From: a virus
Taxonomy: Duplodnaviria; Caudoviricetes
Virus record (IMG/VR): IMGVR_UViG_3300025018_000011
Span: 1 to 59,648 of that record
DNA length: 59,648 nucleotides
Reading direction: 5' to 3' (one strand)
The position numbers were made by a program, and so were the translations under genes. This document shows, one piece after another, positions 1-13,665 of this stretch. Under the pieces are notes generated by a model. The model was not told where the DNA came from. It saw nothing but the letters and a program-made list of their open reading frames with translations, and did no database searches. Position 1 is the first letter of the stretch, and each line of letters begins with the position of its first letter.

Positions 1-127
1 GGAGCATTAGCCCAAGCTGTTGTTGCTTCTAATCTTCAATCAACATAAACTAATAAAGAAGTTCAATTCCATTGTCAAACAACTAAATGATATTTTCAAT
101 CACATATATTAGTTACTCAGGTTACTG
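1..127. repeat. 127-bp terminal direct repeat (circular assembly overlap), identical to 59522-59648
   Basis: Exact identity of both ends. The LamG gene reads in frame across the junction. Confidence 0.95.
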
Positions 128-1739
128 CTTTATAGTCAGTATTTAATGTTGTTCAAGTGAATTTTCAAGATGTAAATTGTATAAAATTTCAACTTGTAAT
201 ATTAAATTGCCATCAAGCTACTTTAGCTGTAGGGTCATTAGCTTGTGTATAATTTAATATTATCATCTTAGTAGTTCAGGTTGTAGATGTTTTTATCCAA
301 GCTCAAACTGTTAAATTAGATGTAATATTTGTATTTGGAAGTGTTATATACTGTGTTGTACCATTAAATGTATATTGCTTATGTTGTCCTGTTCTACTTA
401 AAGTAGGAGAGTTTACAAGAGTACCATTATTTCAAGCTCAAGAAGCATCATAGTAAGTAGTTCAAGAGGTATCTCAGCTTCCCCAAAATACCAGTCAGTC
501 TCTCAAATTTAATGGTAGTTGCTTTCTGAAAGGATAGAGGTATTTAATAGATGATAGTCTGTAGAGTTCTTTTACTTCATCGGCTGTTTTAGCTGTACTA
601 TAAGTTCTAACAAATAAATAATCTATTCAAGGAACTCAAGCGTTATCTGGATTTATTTCATTTCTTCAATTTATTGTAAGTGGTCACATAGTCATAGCTT
701 GAGCTGCTCAAGTTGCAGAAATATCTAAAACTCAGTTTACATAAATAGAATAATTAGTTCAATTTCTTACTCATACTATATGTTTATATGTTCAATCATT
801 TACTATTATTGTTCAAGTTATACTACTATTTGTAGTAACTGCCCTTGTCGTATTTGCAAAAACAATCTTTCAAGAACTAATAATTAATGGTACTTCAATA
901 GAAGAATTAGCAACTTGATTACATAATAAATATCAGTTAGTTATTGATGATGTTTTAATAAATAACTCATAAGTGAAAATAGTTGAAGATGGATATGTAA
1001 TTGTTGATTGTGAAATTATATGTCTGTTATTTGCTGAGAAATTTACTCATCTAGTTATTCAAAATATATCAGAAGAATTAAATGTTCATAAAGTATTTAC
1101 TCAATTATTTCAACCTATTACATCATTTGCATCTCAATTAAAATCATAGTAAGCTACTGCACTTGCTAGAATATTATCTGCTCAAGCTCATAGTTGTCTT
1201 ATAGAAGTTTTAAATATATTACTTCTCTCACTTTCACTCAGCTTATAATTATAAAAATATGTATTTCATAATTGTCAAAGATAACTACTTACTCAAAAGT
1301 TAAAGTTTGTAGCATCTTTACTATCGTGTGTTATTATTACTGTATTTACTTGATTGAGTATAATAGTTGTTGTTTGTGTTCAGTTTACATATACTGTTGC
1401 ATTTGTAAGTCCTGTTGTTGTAATAGCATTACCTGCACTTATAGCAACTAAACTTGTAGTTGTTACATATTGAAATATATTTTTAGTATTAGCTGTTGGT
1501 ATAATAGTAAAACAAATAGTTTGAATAGATGCTAAACTCGCTCTTGTTGCACTTGTTGTAGCTCAAAATACTGCATTCTGTTTTTGATAACCAAATATAC
1601 TTGTTCAATAAGTAGCATTAGTTACTGTTAAATTAGTTTTTGTTCAGTCGTTTACATCTAATCAGTTTCAATCAAAGATATATTGTCAGATTAAACCTGT
1701 TCATCTAGTTATAGAAGAAGACATTTTTTTATTTCTCAT
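1..1739 (-). CDS. Tail fibre/receptor-binding protein with LamG (concanavalin-like) domains, 5' part; 633 aa in total, continues across the origin to 59359
   Basis: Code 25 ORF MRNKKMSSSITRGTGLIGQYIFDGN..., with repeated LamG-like motifs (YYDFNGDAND, YSIYVNGVL, RTYSTAKTADEVKELY, VYVDGRL). Confidence 0.75.
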
Positions 1740-1765
1740 ATTATATTTTTAAGTTAAGAAATAAA

Positions 1766-4700
1766 TTAATATATAACTACCTCTAAATCTGAACCTGGTA
1801 ATGTAGAACCAACTAAAGTTACTACTACATATATTACATCATTCTCAACTAAGCTTCAATTATCTATTGATGTTCAAGTTGTTATATATATTCAGTTAGT
1901 TGCTCACTGTGCTGTTGTAATACTTATTGCCGTATCAGAAGTAAATATTGAATTAGCAACTGCCGTTCAATTCTTTCTAATATCTACTGAAACATTTGCT
2001 CAAGTGGGTAATGAGCTTAGCGATATTTTAACTCAAGCAATAGTTTGTATTCATTTAGCTAAAAATCTATCTATAATTCAAGTATATATTTGTCCTTGTA
2101 TTCAAGTTCTAAATATAGGATTAGAACCTCACCCACCTATGGCTCACCAAGTTGTTCAGTTATATGTATTCAATACATTATCTGTAGTGTTATATATTAC
2201 TAATCATTTAGCAGGAGTTGCAATAGCATTTCTTTGAGTAGTAGTCATTCTAGGAGGTAGAAATCATCTCGTAGTACTATTTATATCTAATAGTGCAGAT
2301 GCATTAGATATAGTTCATAATCCTAAAGCTCAATCCTTATTAAGTGTCATTTTAACTACATTCGATACATTGAAAATTAAATCACTTTCTAATCAAGTTC
2401 ATCTAGCAAATGAAGCTATATATCAACTTCTATTTCAAGCTCAATTTATAAATTCAACTATTCATAATAGGGTTCAATCAGCTTGTGTCGCTGTTCAGTG
2501 AACTAATTGTAATACTCAACAATCTGTTAATCATTTAATACTAAGATATTTTCTATTTACATGTGCTCAATATCAAGGAGTTGAAGTATTAATTCAAATA
2601 TTACTAAAAAAGTTTTTAACTCAACCAACAGTTTGTGCTCAACTAGTTTGTACGAACTCAGATAATAGTTTTGTAGTAGCTTCTCAAGATGCTCCGAATG
2701 TAGCAACGCTATCTATTCAATCAGTATGTCAACTTAAATTCCATTCTAAGTTATCTAGGACAGTGTGGTCTGTTGGATTGAAACCACTCACTGGAGATTG
2801 TCACATTCTATTTCATACTATATAACTAACTCATCAAGTAGCTATTCTACATTTACCTGCGTTAGTATCACCGTTAGATGTTACATAAGTTATACGAGAA
2901 TATATTACCCATTCAGTTGCTAAGTTTGCAAAGTTTCATAAGTTTAAACTTCTAGGGTCTTCTATTAATGCATTCCCTAAAGAAGTATGCGTAGCTTGTG
3001 GTTGTAATAATATAGTTCTAAATGATTGACTTTCTGCATCTGCAGTAGCTGGAACTAATATTTGATATATGTTGTACCATCTATTATTTATTCAATCAGT
3101 TAAAGCTCAAGTGGTAGCATTATTAACCTTTAAGAAACTTCAAGTTTCAAGAAATGGATATAATCAACCTTTCATAAACGTTACAGTGTTTGTTGCACCG
3201 ATATACATTTGTGTGTAACTTCATTCTATTAAAGCTGGTATAGTAGTATCTATATCTTCATCTCTTATCACTGCACTATCAAATCAAGGTGTAGTTGCTG
3301 CATTTGTAGCTGTGTTTTCAGTATATGTTCAACTAGTAAGTATTCAACCTGATACTCTATGAGTTCATATTTGACTATGTAATATTTGATGAGCCTTAGT
3401 ATCTAATAATCAGTGAACTTCTCTTAATGCAAAACTAGCTGCAGTACTTCAAGATACGAAACGAACATAAGCTGTCATTAAATCTCTGAAGTTCCAAGGC
3501 GTTGTTGACCAAGTAAAGTTAGTTCAATCTGTCGAATAAAGAAAATAATTAGCCGTTACATCTACGTGTGGTACACTTATCCAAGGACTTGTTAATGTTT
3601 TCTTAACTCATCTATAGTAATATGTAATAGTTCCAGATGGATGTGTTAACGTAGTTGTTCTATTAGTATGTGAATAAGTTACGGTAATATTTGTATTATC
3701 GGCAAAACCAGTTAATTGGTCTTGTGTCATTACATCAGTATTTACCCAATTAGCCCCATCTTTAATAAGTATGTCTGCTGTGGTTTCTGTAGTTGTAGCT
3801 ACATCATTAACTCCATCGAGGTTTAATCCTATAATGTCATTTCCATTTAAGTTTAAATCTCAAGTCATTGGAACTGTTCCATCTGCTAAGAAATCTCAAA
3901 ATCATAATCAATCAGCTCATTTAGCTGCCATTAAATCCCAGTCTGCGTGAGGTGGTGTGTTAGTTGTAATAGTATTAGCTACATAACTAGAACCATTATA
4001 ATACACTCATTCGTTTATTTGATATGTTCAAGCTACCCAAGGTCATTGCCATTGTACTGTACCTACTGTATTTCATATAGTATTTCCAACCGTATTTCAA
4101 ACAGTATTTCAATCTGTATTATTTAAAGTATTTCAAACTGTGTTACCTACAGTATTACCTGCAGTATTGCCTGCTGTATTATTTAAAGTATTGTTTAAAG
4201 TATTTCAAACTGTGTTTCAAATAGTATTTCCTACTGTATTCCCCACTGTGTTTCAAGCAGTATTTCATTCTTGAAATTCAATCTTAGCATCAACTATTGC
4301 AACTGTTGTTGCATCATCTTTTGTAAATATTAAATCATCTCATACTAGATCTCATGAAATTATTGATGATCAAGTTGTACCCTTAGTACCTATTCAATAA
4401 ATATTTTTCTTATCTATTGATGTCACTAACCCCCCTGCATTTACAGTTATTGTTGCTAGTAAATATGAAGCGTCTTCAGTTATTGATATATAATAATCTC
4501 AATCTTTTATGTGAACATAATTTATAGCATTAGGAACTAATGTTTTATTAGTTAATGCTAATGATGTATCTACATCGTTTATAACAACGTTAACATCATC
4601 TAGATAGTAAGTTCAACCTTTTATTATAACATCGCTTGTAGACAATTTAAATATATGTCATTGCTCTCATATAAAGTTCGAGTAATGATTAAATAAATCT

Positions 4701-4957
4701 ATTGAGCTAGCAAGAAATACTTGACTGTTTATAGTATGAAATATAGGATTGTCTCTATTTACTCAATAACAGAAAACAGAGGTACCTAATTTCCTGTGAA
4801 AGAAAATAGATTCCTCTTGTGAATTAACTCATGGTTCTATTATTAGATAACCAGTTTCTGAATCTGAAGCTACTCAAAGTTTTATTTCAACTTCTCAAGT
4901 AGCTGTATTTTGTAACTCTTCAGTTAGAAATGTTTTATAGTTCTTTTGTAGTTTCAT
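1766..4957 (-). CDS. Tail fibre protein, 1063 aa
   Basis: MKLQKNYKTFL...; WQGPWVAGTY..YNGSSY module; typical fibre motif [41 protein letters not shown]; tail-gene context. Confidence 0.8.
4064..4267 (-). repeat. 17 tandem 12-bp units encoding (G/N)NT(V/I/L/A/D)
   Basis: GNTAGNTVGNTVGNTIGNTVGNTLNNTL...; the Gly position is encoded interchangeably by TGA, GGA, GGT, GGC and GGG. Confidence 0.9.
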
Positions 4958-4969
4958 ATTAATATATTA

Positions 4970-7126
4970 TTAGAAATTCGTTATAATAATTCAAGGATTT
5001 CAATTAGCTCAATTAGTTCAATTAGGTCTTCATGAATATCAATTACTTAGTAATCATCAAGTTCATCATGAAATATTTATTGTAGAAGTATTTATATACG
5101 TATTTGAAAGTAAAAGTAAAATTACAACTCATCAATTTCAAGCTCATCATCATCACCCCCCTCATCAATTCGTATATGGGGATCATCCGTTTCAACCATT
5201 TCATCAAATAGCTTCTATCGTTCATAATGTTTGGATTATATTTGCTGATATAAATATATTACCTCAATTTCATCAAGCTCATCAACCTGCTCATCATGCT
5301 TCTGTTCATCAAGATTGATAACTATTTCATCAATTACCTCATGATGCTGTTCAACTAGATTTGATTGTTACTAGATCTATTAATCATAATATAATATATA
5401 ATAATATTAAATCATTACCTCATTGAAATACTGGTACTTGATTACTAATTCAAGCAATTGATACTGGATTAGTATTACCTCATCATTGTCAACCAGTTAC
5501 TCAATTAGAATTACTATATGAATTATAATTAGTTCATACTCATCATACAGATCATAATCAAAAACCTATTCATCATTTTCATCAACTTGCATATGTTGGT
5601 ATACTTCAAAGAGTTCAAGCATTTAATGCTGTAGCTCATACTCAACCTATAGTCCAAGTTCAATTTCATGTACCATTTCATCAATTGTTTCAGTTTCTTC
5701 TTATCGTTCAATTATTTGTTAATGTTCATCAAACAAATATTTTATATCAATTTGGGTTTAATACTATTCATGAATTAATTGTTAAATTATCGTAATACAT
5801 ATCTTTAGTTAAAGTTGTATTTACTGATATTGTAACATTTCAATCTATCTTAGATCAAGTTGGTACTTTAAAAATATTTCTCAATCAATATAATGATATA
5901 ATATTATTCATGTCTATTGATGTAGTTCATTTAGCTTTACCTATATATACTCTATTCTTTCTAAGACTTGTAGTTATTCATCAAGCTACTCATCATTCAA
6001 GAGATGAATCTAAATAGTAATCTGATCAATCTATAAGTCATGTATGGTTATTAGATATTTGATCTATATTTCATTTTATAAATTGTCATACTATTTTATT
6101 TTCAGTAGCTATTCATTTGAAATCAATTTTACTTTTATATCATGAATCTGCTTTATAAGCTTTATTATCTGATCCTAGATAGAAAACATTTCATTGTATT
6201 AAGTCTTCTCATACTTCAAATAATTGTGCTTTATCTACTTTTAAATCTAATTCTGTATCCATTTCTATTTGTGAATATACATTTAGATTATCTCTAGCTA
6301 CTTGCATATCTGTAAGCTCAATAAGATTATTTCATGAAAACATATCTCATATACCTGTCATAGCTACATATGAATCTCAATCCCATCTATATGATAATGA
6401 TTCACCTATTACTACATATAATATTCATAGTTCTCATACTACTGGAAATTCTCATATAGTTGCATATTCTTCTATTGCTGCAAATACTGCAGGTAAATAT
6501 TGAAATGGTATTTTTCATAATTCATCTAATGGTGCATAACCAGAAGCATTTAATAAGTCTTTAAATTTATGTTTTGTAATACTTGTTATATTTCATCATG
6601 CATCTACTACTATATCTGCTACTGGATATAATGTAGCATCATATGCTTGGCTTATAAAATAATCATTATTCTTAATGTATACATAATTAGTATCATTAGG
6701 ATCTAGAACTTTATCTTCTAATGGTACAGATGTGTCTACATCGTTTATAGTGATCAGAGTATTGTTTATGTAAAACTTACCACCTTTTATTATAACATCG
6801 CTCACAGACTTTTTAAATATGTATGGAGCTTGTTCTGAGTCTAGCATGTAGTTAAATATATCTACACTATTTGCTAGTACAATAGAACTACCAATTATAT
6901 GTTGTAATGGATTATCTCTATTAACTCAATATACGAATATAGAATTACCTACTACTCTATGATAGAATATAGTTTCTTCTTTTAAGTTTACTCATGGTTC
7001 AATTGTTACGAACCCTAAACTAGAAATAGGGGCAATAGAAAGTTTAATTTCTATTTCCCCTGTTGAAGTATTTTGTAGTGTTGCATTAAGTGTTCACTTA
7101 TATCATTTTTGTAATTTTAATTCCAT
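4970..7126 (-). CDS. Tail fibre/adhesin with glycine-rich C-terminus, 718 aa
   Basis: N-terminal ~190 aa paralogous to 1766..4957; YAPLDELGKIP motif; C-terminal GGNGG/GGGGGGAG runs. Confidence 0.78.
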
Positions 7127-7136
7127 ATCGTGTTTA

Positions 7137-7352
7137 TTAAACTATAGATGTAACTACTCAGTTTACAATTGTAATTGTTTTTTGTGGATAATTAGCACTT
7201 AAGAAAGTTCCACTAATAGCAGTAGCCGTTGCTTTATTATTTATTTGATTTTGTAATCCAGCAAGAAGAGAGTCCACTTCTGATTTAGAATAGAACTCTC
7301 AGTCATTAATTGGTATTATTCATCATGCATATGGATTTACTTTATTAGTCAT
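7137..7352 (-). CDS. Small tail-associated protein, 71 aa
   Basis: MTNKVNPY...YSKSEVDSLL...KTITIVNGVVTSIV*. Confidence 0.6.
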
Positions 7353-7357
7353 GTTAT

Positions 7358-8866
7358 TTATTTATAAGAATTAAATGCATCTGAAACTCATTTTAATATT
7401 ACTGGATCTATTACAGATTTATCTTGTATTGCTACATTTTGTGCAATAGTATATTGTCTATAATTATTCTCTGCTTTTGCATATATAGTATCTATAATCT
7501 CTTGGAATCACTTTCATTCTCTAATCATATTAAACATTTCACCTCTAAATATATTATATGATGGATGACCTCAAATAATTTGTTCAATAATTGCTGCTCT
7601 ATATTCAGGACTAGAGTCTTTATCATTGAATGAATTATTCCATGAATCAACTTTCTTTTGCATTTCTGCTCTATTAAATGTTCATGATAATTGTTCTTCA
7701 TTAGTTTTATCTAAATAATTATTATATTTTTCTTGAGCTAAAGCTTTAGTTAATCAAATCTCCTGTGCTAATTTTACAAATATTTGCCATTCTGTATCAT
7801 TCATATTATTCATTAGTAGATCAACTTTATCTTGTTCAGATAATCATTGTATCCCTGTGTTTTTTTGTGCTTCAGTTAATCATTGTGTTTGAGTAATTGC
7901 TGCACTAGTTGCTTCATTTACATTTGCTGCAAATCTATTAGCGATGTCTGATTCAACTTGTTGTCTCGCTCATTCAGATAATCATGCTCATTGTCCAGCT
8001 TGAGCTGCTGCTGCATTAGCTGCAATTGATTGAGTTCTCTTCATAGCATTTAGATTTTCTGCTATTGCTTTTTTAGATTCTTCAGTTTCTTTATCATACT
8101 TAGTAAATAATCATTGAGCTTGTGATTCTCTTAATGAAGCTCTTTCTTCTTTTTCTTTATTTTGTTTTTTTAATAATTCATTTTCTTTTTCAGCTGTTTC
8201 AGTTTTTATCTTATTTACTTTATCTGCTCAATCTTGTAATGATTTTTCATATCATAATTGTTCAGCTGTAAGTCTATCCATAGAGTCTGGCTCTTTACCA
8301 AGTTCATATAAGTTACTTTTAACTTGTCATGATTGAGTTGTATACTCTGCTGGATTAAGTGGTGTTGAATCACTTCATTTTATTGTCATTCATTTAGCAT
8401 TAAGTGCTTTCTCAACTGTATCGTATCAAAGTTTCTTAACTGCCTCCATTAATTTTACTTGATTTTTTGCATAATTTTTTGAATTATCAACTGATTTTAA
8501 TATTGATCCACTAGAATTAGAAGTAACTCATTGTTGAAATTGTTTAGCCTTAGCTATATTTAAATCTTGTTGAGCTGTATTAATTTTATTAAGATTAGAA
8601 ACTGTTTCAGTTTTACCAGTAAAAGTATTTATCCTTTTAACTGGAACTGGTCAAGATGCCTTATATTCATTAGCCTTAGCTATGTTAGCATTTTGTTGTG
8701 CCGTATTACCAGATGAAGTTCATAAGTTATTATTCACAGATCAACCTATAGTAATTTTATTTTGACGCATAGCTGCATCTACTTTAGCTTGTCAGTATTT
8801 AGATACTGCAGAATCATATCTAGCTTGTGTAGTTGTGCTACCTGTTGATGTAGTTGTAGTTGCCAT
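7358..8866 (-). CDS. Putative internal virion/ejection protein, 502 aa
   Basis: A/Q/T-rich coiled-coil ORF MATTTTSTGS..., located after the tail tube genes as in podoviruses. Confidence 0.55.
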
Positions 8867-8869
8867 TTA

Positions 8870-9829
8870 TTATTTATTACCAAGTAAACTATTTATTTCA
8901 TCTGAGTTTTTATATTTTAATAACTCTAACATTTTTATATTCTGATCATATGTTCATTTATAATCTTCTAGTCAAATAGCTTCTGCTATTTTTTTTCTAT
9001 TTTCAAATGTTCATTCTATTCATTTCATTCTTAAATTATCTGAAATAGATGAATCAAAGTTTCAAGATACTGCTGTCTTTGCTAATATTACCATTTGCCT
9101 AGCTTCATCTTTAGTTATTTCACCAGATTTCAACATAGATAATATATCTTGTTTAATTGGTTCTAATTCTTCTTTTGCTTTATCTAACTCTTTTCATGCT
9201 TGTTCTTTAGCATATCAATCATTTTTTTCTAATTCTCAAGTAAAAGAATTTCTTGTTTCTTTTTTATCTCATTCTAATTGTTGTTTATTAAAATCTTCTT
9301 GAGTAAATTCTTTATCTTCTTTTTTAATTTCCTCTTTAGTTTCTTCTCATCATGTAACTTTTATTGGAAATATATCTTTTTGATCTATTACATCTTTAGT
9401 TTCTTTTTTAACTTCTTCTTTAACTTCCTCTTTATCTCATTCTGGACTTATTCAAAAGTTTTTTAACATACCTGCCATGATAGGATGTTTATTCATCCAG
9501 TTTCATAATGTCTTACTTTTATCTAATATACTTTTTACTTGATCTTGTTTATCTAAAAAATCATCAGACTTCTTATTAAACTTATCTAGAAATCATTGTT
9601 TAGATTGTATATTAGTTCAATGTCATCATGTAACTACATTTGTAGTAAAATCAGTTGCAGTTCAAGCTATATCTCAAGCTATATCTGCTGAGTTAATTAC
9701 TCATTTAATTAAGCTCTTAGGGATTCATTGTCATAAGTCAGCAATAGCTATTCATGTTCATTTAATAAATTTTCAAACTCATGTTCATATTTTTCATGCT
9801 GTTGATTCTCAACTTTTCATTTCTGACAT
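8870..9829 (-). CDS. Putative internal virion protein with C-terminal DUF3597-like domain, 319 aa
   Basis: G/A-rich N-terminus, E/K-rich middle, C-terminus SISDNLRMKGIEGTFENRKKIAEAIGLEDYKGTYDQNIKMLELLK. Confidence 0.6.
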
Positions 9830-9834
9830 ATTTT

Positions 9835-11580
9835 TTAATTAGATAATAAAAATTCATTTATATAAGGTTTACTTGTTTTCGCTTGTATATAACTAGGTCA
9901 AAGAATAAATCTTGTTACTGAGCTATATGTGAATAGAAAATATCTTCAAGTTCTAAGAATCTTATTTTGTAATGAAGTTGTATTTCATGTATAAAAATTT
10001 GATTCTTCTATTCATAGTAGATTATCTATCTCTGCTCATCAATCTAAATTAGTATCAAAAGCATAATTTTTAAACTCTAATTTAAGATTATTTTTCATAG
10101 CTCATAGTTGATATGAGATATCTAAGTCTAAGTTTATTCTAATATCTCCTGTAAGTCAAAATAATGTTCTAATAAATATAGGCATCATTATTCTATTTGG
10201 TTCATTTAATATGAAATTTACTTCTTGTGAATAGTCTAATCATAAATCAGTATATCATTCTTCAGTAGCTACTCATCAAGAAATACATTTCTTTGGCGAA
10301 GTATAATTATAAAGTTTTGTTTCAAATTTATGAAGTAACCAATGTTGTAATTGTTTATCATATTGATATGTAACTGTTTGATTTCAGTTTATGTTATTAA
10401 AATTAATAAACCTATCATTTGTATCTGTAGTTATAACTCATCATTCAATACTTTCGAATAATCATCTAGCATTATATGTAACTTCTTTTTCTATAATATC
10501 ATATGTTGTAGAATTCAGAGTTACTATGTCTAGCATTCTTAAATAATTTTGTGAGTTAATTATATAGAATGTTCATCAAGTATATATAAAAGAATATTTA
10601 CTAAATAATCTCTCATCATAATTTGCTTGATATTCTAAGTATCATATTACTCAATCTGTATCAGTTGCTGGCGATATTATTTTATTAGTAAATCAATTAC
10701 AAAATAATATTTTTCATGCAGGGCATAGTTTATCTATACCATTCGCTTTGAATCTATCTTTTACATAGAACTGACAGTTATCATCAAATGTTTTTCTAGA
10801 GAATCTTATTGTGTTATCTGTTAATATAAAGAATGCACTATTGAATTCTACTATATCAGTTATTGCTGTTGTAATTATTAAATGACTGTAAGCTGGACTT
10901 AATCAATTTAATAATATCGTATATAATCATGCCGTTCATCACATTAGAACGCACTCTTTGTAGTCTGGGTATACATCATAGGCTGCAGCTGTAAGTGGTA
11001 GTTTACCCCTTGTATTAGTACCTAATATGTAAACATCACTTCATGTTTTATATAAGATCTTATTTGCTCATCAAGCTAATACTCAATCTTTAAAAAAGAT
11101 ATATTGATTTACTGCTACTCACGTTACATTACTTAATGTTAATTTAACAAATCAATCTCAATAAAATGCTAGGTCAGTACTTGGTGCTGCTACATTTGTA
11201 GGATTAGTTATAGTTCATGATACTACTTTTAATCATCAAGCATTAAATCATTTAACTAATTTCTTTGGAGAATTAGAATTTGTTGCAAATGGTCAAGCTA
11301 CTTCTGTAAGGGTTGTTCCATTGTCTGCATATAATTTTGATTGTGTCCCATTGTCTAGTAAATAATAGTCTGTTCAATTTGCAGTTATATGATCATGAGC
11401 TTCATATCAAGATACTATTGAATATGAAGTTAATCATAATCTTTTGTCTAAGAAAAAATTTTGATTATATATTCACTTATCTCATTCGTATGGTGGTTTA
11501 ACTGCTACACAATTAAACACTTTATCATAAATCTGATTAAGTGTTCATACTTCCATATTTAATGTTATATCTTTTTGCAT
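9835..11580 (-). CDS. Putative tail nozzle/tubular protein B-like, 581 aa
   Basis: Beta-rich open frame in code 25; size and position after capsid and adaptor. Confidence 0.55.
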
Positions 11581-11581
11581 A

Positions 11582-12205
11582 TTAGAAATAATTAGTTACT
11601 GGAATAAATTCAGTTGATTCACTTAATGAATCTATATCTTTAAGTTTATTAATTCTATTTGTATAATGCCCAAAGAAATCTACTTGTGTTTGTTCTCAAT
11701 CAAATAAATTAATTGGTGCTGCGTAATCATAAACTCATTTAAGAATTACTGGTATGAATTTATCTGGTAACGGTATTACACTAGTTCAATTTACATTATG
11801 TTGATACCATGTATATTGTTTAGTATAACTAATTCTAACTGAAGTTATGTTTTGAGCAGATCAACTTTTATCAGTAAGTAAAAAATATATGTTTTTATCT
11901 TCGAAATTAAAGTGGTCTAATTCTTTTAAGAAGTTAGCCATAGCATATAAGTCATTGTCATCTTGATCTTTAATCTCAATTATTTGATCAATAGGTTCAG
12001 TTGTTTGAAATCTTCTTCTTCAATTCTCATCTACATATACTATAACTTCTTCATTCTTTATTCTAGAAGACCAGTTACCCTCGTTATATATATCTTGTAT
12101 TACTAAATTAATATAATTTTCTAATGTTTCTGGTCAAGCTAAATCATTTCATCATCTAGTAAGAAAAAATGGATACAGTATCGCTTCTAATTGATTGTAT
12201 AGCAT
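11582..12205 (-). CDS. Putative head-tail adaptor/tail tubular protein A-like, 207 aa
   Basis: NYINLVIQDIYNEGNW and IPLPDKFIPVILKGVYDY patterns; directly after capsid. Confidence 0.6.
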
Positions 12206-12233
12206 ATTATTTTTGTTAATAAATATTTATTTT

Positions 12234-12261
12234 ATTATAATTATATATTTGTATAAATCAA
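12234..12261 (-). promoter_or_regulatory. Sigma70-like promoter TTGATT-N16-TATAAT for tail genes
   Basis: Consensus-like boxes between the capsid terminator and ATG 12205. Confidence 0.45.
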
Positions 12262-12270
12262 AAAAAGACT

Positions 12271-12301
12271 AAAAAAGAACAACGTTTATAGTTGTTCTTT
12301 T
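12271..12301 (-). terminator. Intrinsic terminator after major capsid gene
   Basis: aaaagaacaac-gtttata-gttgttctttt hairpin with U-tract. Confidence 0.7.
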
Positions 12302-12313
12302 ATTTTCTATATA

Positions 12314-13645
12314 CTAAAGACCAGAAGCTTTCATATATGAATTAGTGAATGTTTGACCTGCAAATATATTTGCCATCCACATTTCGATTGTAAATTCTTT
12401 AACATCATTAGTTACTACTGGTTGAGGAATAACTGCAAATCCATTAGAATTATAAGTTTTAACTACACCTGCTACATCTGGAGTATCGTACATTTTAGTT
12501 GTAAATGATACTAAGTGTTTAGGTAGAGCATATATTACTGATGTATCTGGGTATAATAGATTTAATGATTGATCTACTAACATTGAAACATTTTTAAAGA
12601 ATGGTGATGAGAATACTTTAATACCCCAATCAATTTCTTTTTCAACGAATTGTTGATAAACAACTCATGATTGTAATAGTTGAGATAATGCACTAATCAT
12701 TAATTCATTAGCAATGAATGTAGGTTGTTCACTACCTTGATATACTGGAGCTGTATTAGCTGAAGTAATGAAATCCATAACTGCTGCAACTTTAGCTGCA
12801 TCATTAGCTAAACCTGTTGACCAATCTCTAACTACAGTAGTTTCACCATTTGCAACTTTTTCTGCTAATAAAGTTTCTAACCCTTGAGTTTCTGCTTTAG
12901 CACCAGATACGTTTCTACCATAGTAGAATGTATATGCAAAGTTATTAATAGCTAAGTTAATAGTTTCTGATAATTTATTTTTTACTCTTCTTGAAGTATC
13001 AGCGAATAAATAAGTTGTATTTAATTCATCTTGAGTATATTCAAAATTTCAACCATATTTTTGGAAGTAAGTAGTAACTCTTAGTCCATCATCTTCTGAA
13101 GTACCTCTAGTTATTTTAGCTCCAGCCGTATGAGTTGAATATAAATATTTAACTGTATCACCTGCATCAACTGTAATAGCTGAATCTAAAGTTAAAGTTA
13201 AAGTATTGATTGCTGTAATTTCTCTAGTTGCTCTAACTCAGTTAACTGATCCTACAGCAGGTATAAATAATACAACATCACCAACTTCGAACCCTTTAAC
13301 ACTTTCCATTACAACTGAAGTAGCTGCTACTGAAACAGTAGTATCAACTGCTTGAGAGTAACCGAATGCACCAACTTCGTACCATTCTACTGATTTACCA
13401 TCTTTAGACATCATAGGTTTAATTCATCCACCGATATCTTTAAAGTTAATTGATTGAGCTTCTTCATAAGTAAGTGAATCACTTAAGATAGAATCTTTAT
13501 AATGGTTAGGTATACTAAAACCAAAATATGCCAACATTGGGAATTTTCTAACAATTGAAGATATTACTCTTAAATTTTTACCTAATACGTTTTCATCTAA
13601 ATATGATTGTACGCTAATAGGAGTTGTGTTTACTGCATTTCACAT
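12314..13645 (-). CDS. Major capsid protein (DUF5309/SU10-like), 443 aa
   Basis: After scaffold and followed by a terminator; KSVEWYE, TTYFQKYG, FYYGRN..ETQGL motifs; strongly biased codon use. Confidence 0.8.
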
Positions 13646-13665
13646 AAGCCTTTTTTATTATTTAA

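Noticed and set aside
5043-5711. Met-rich minus-strand ORFs 5043..5225 and 5529..5711
   Set aside because: Off-frame reading of TGA-TGA glycine runs (ATG arises from xxA-TGA)
1-7126. Diversity-generating retroelement acting on tail fibres
   Set aside because: No reverse transcriptase and no TR/VR pair with adenine-specific mismatches seen; the fibre similarity is N-terminal paralogy
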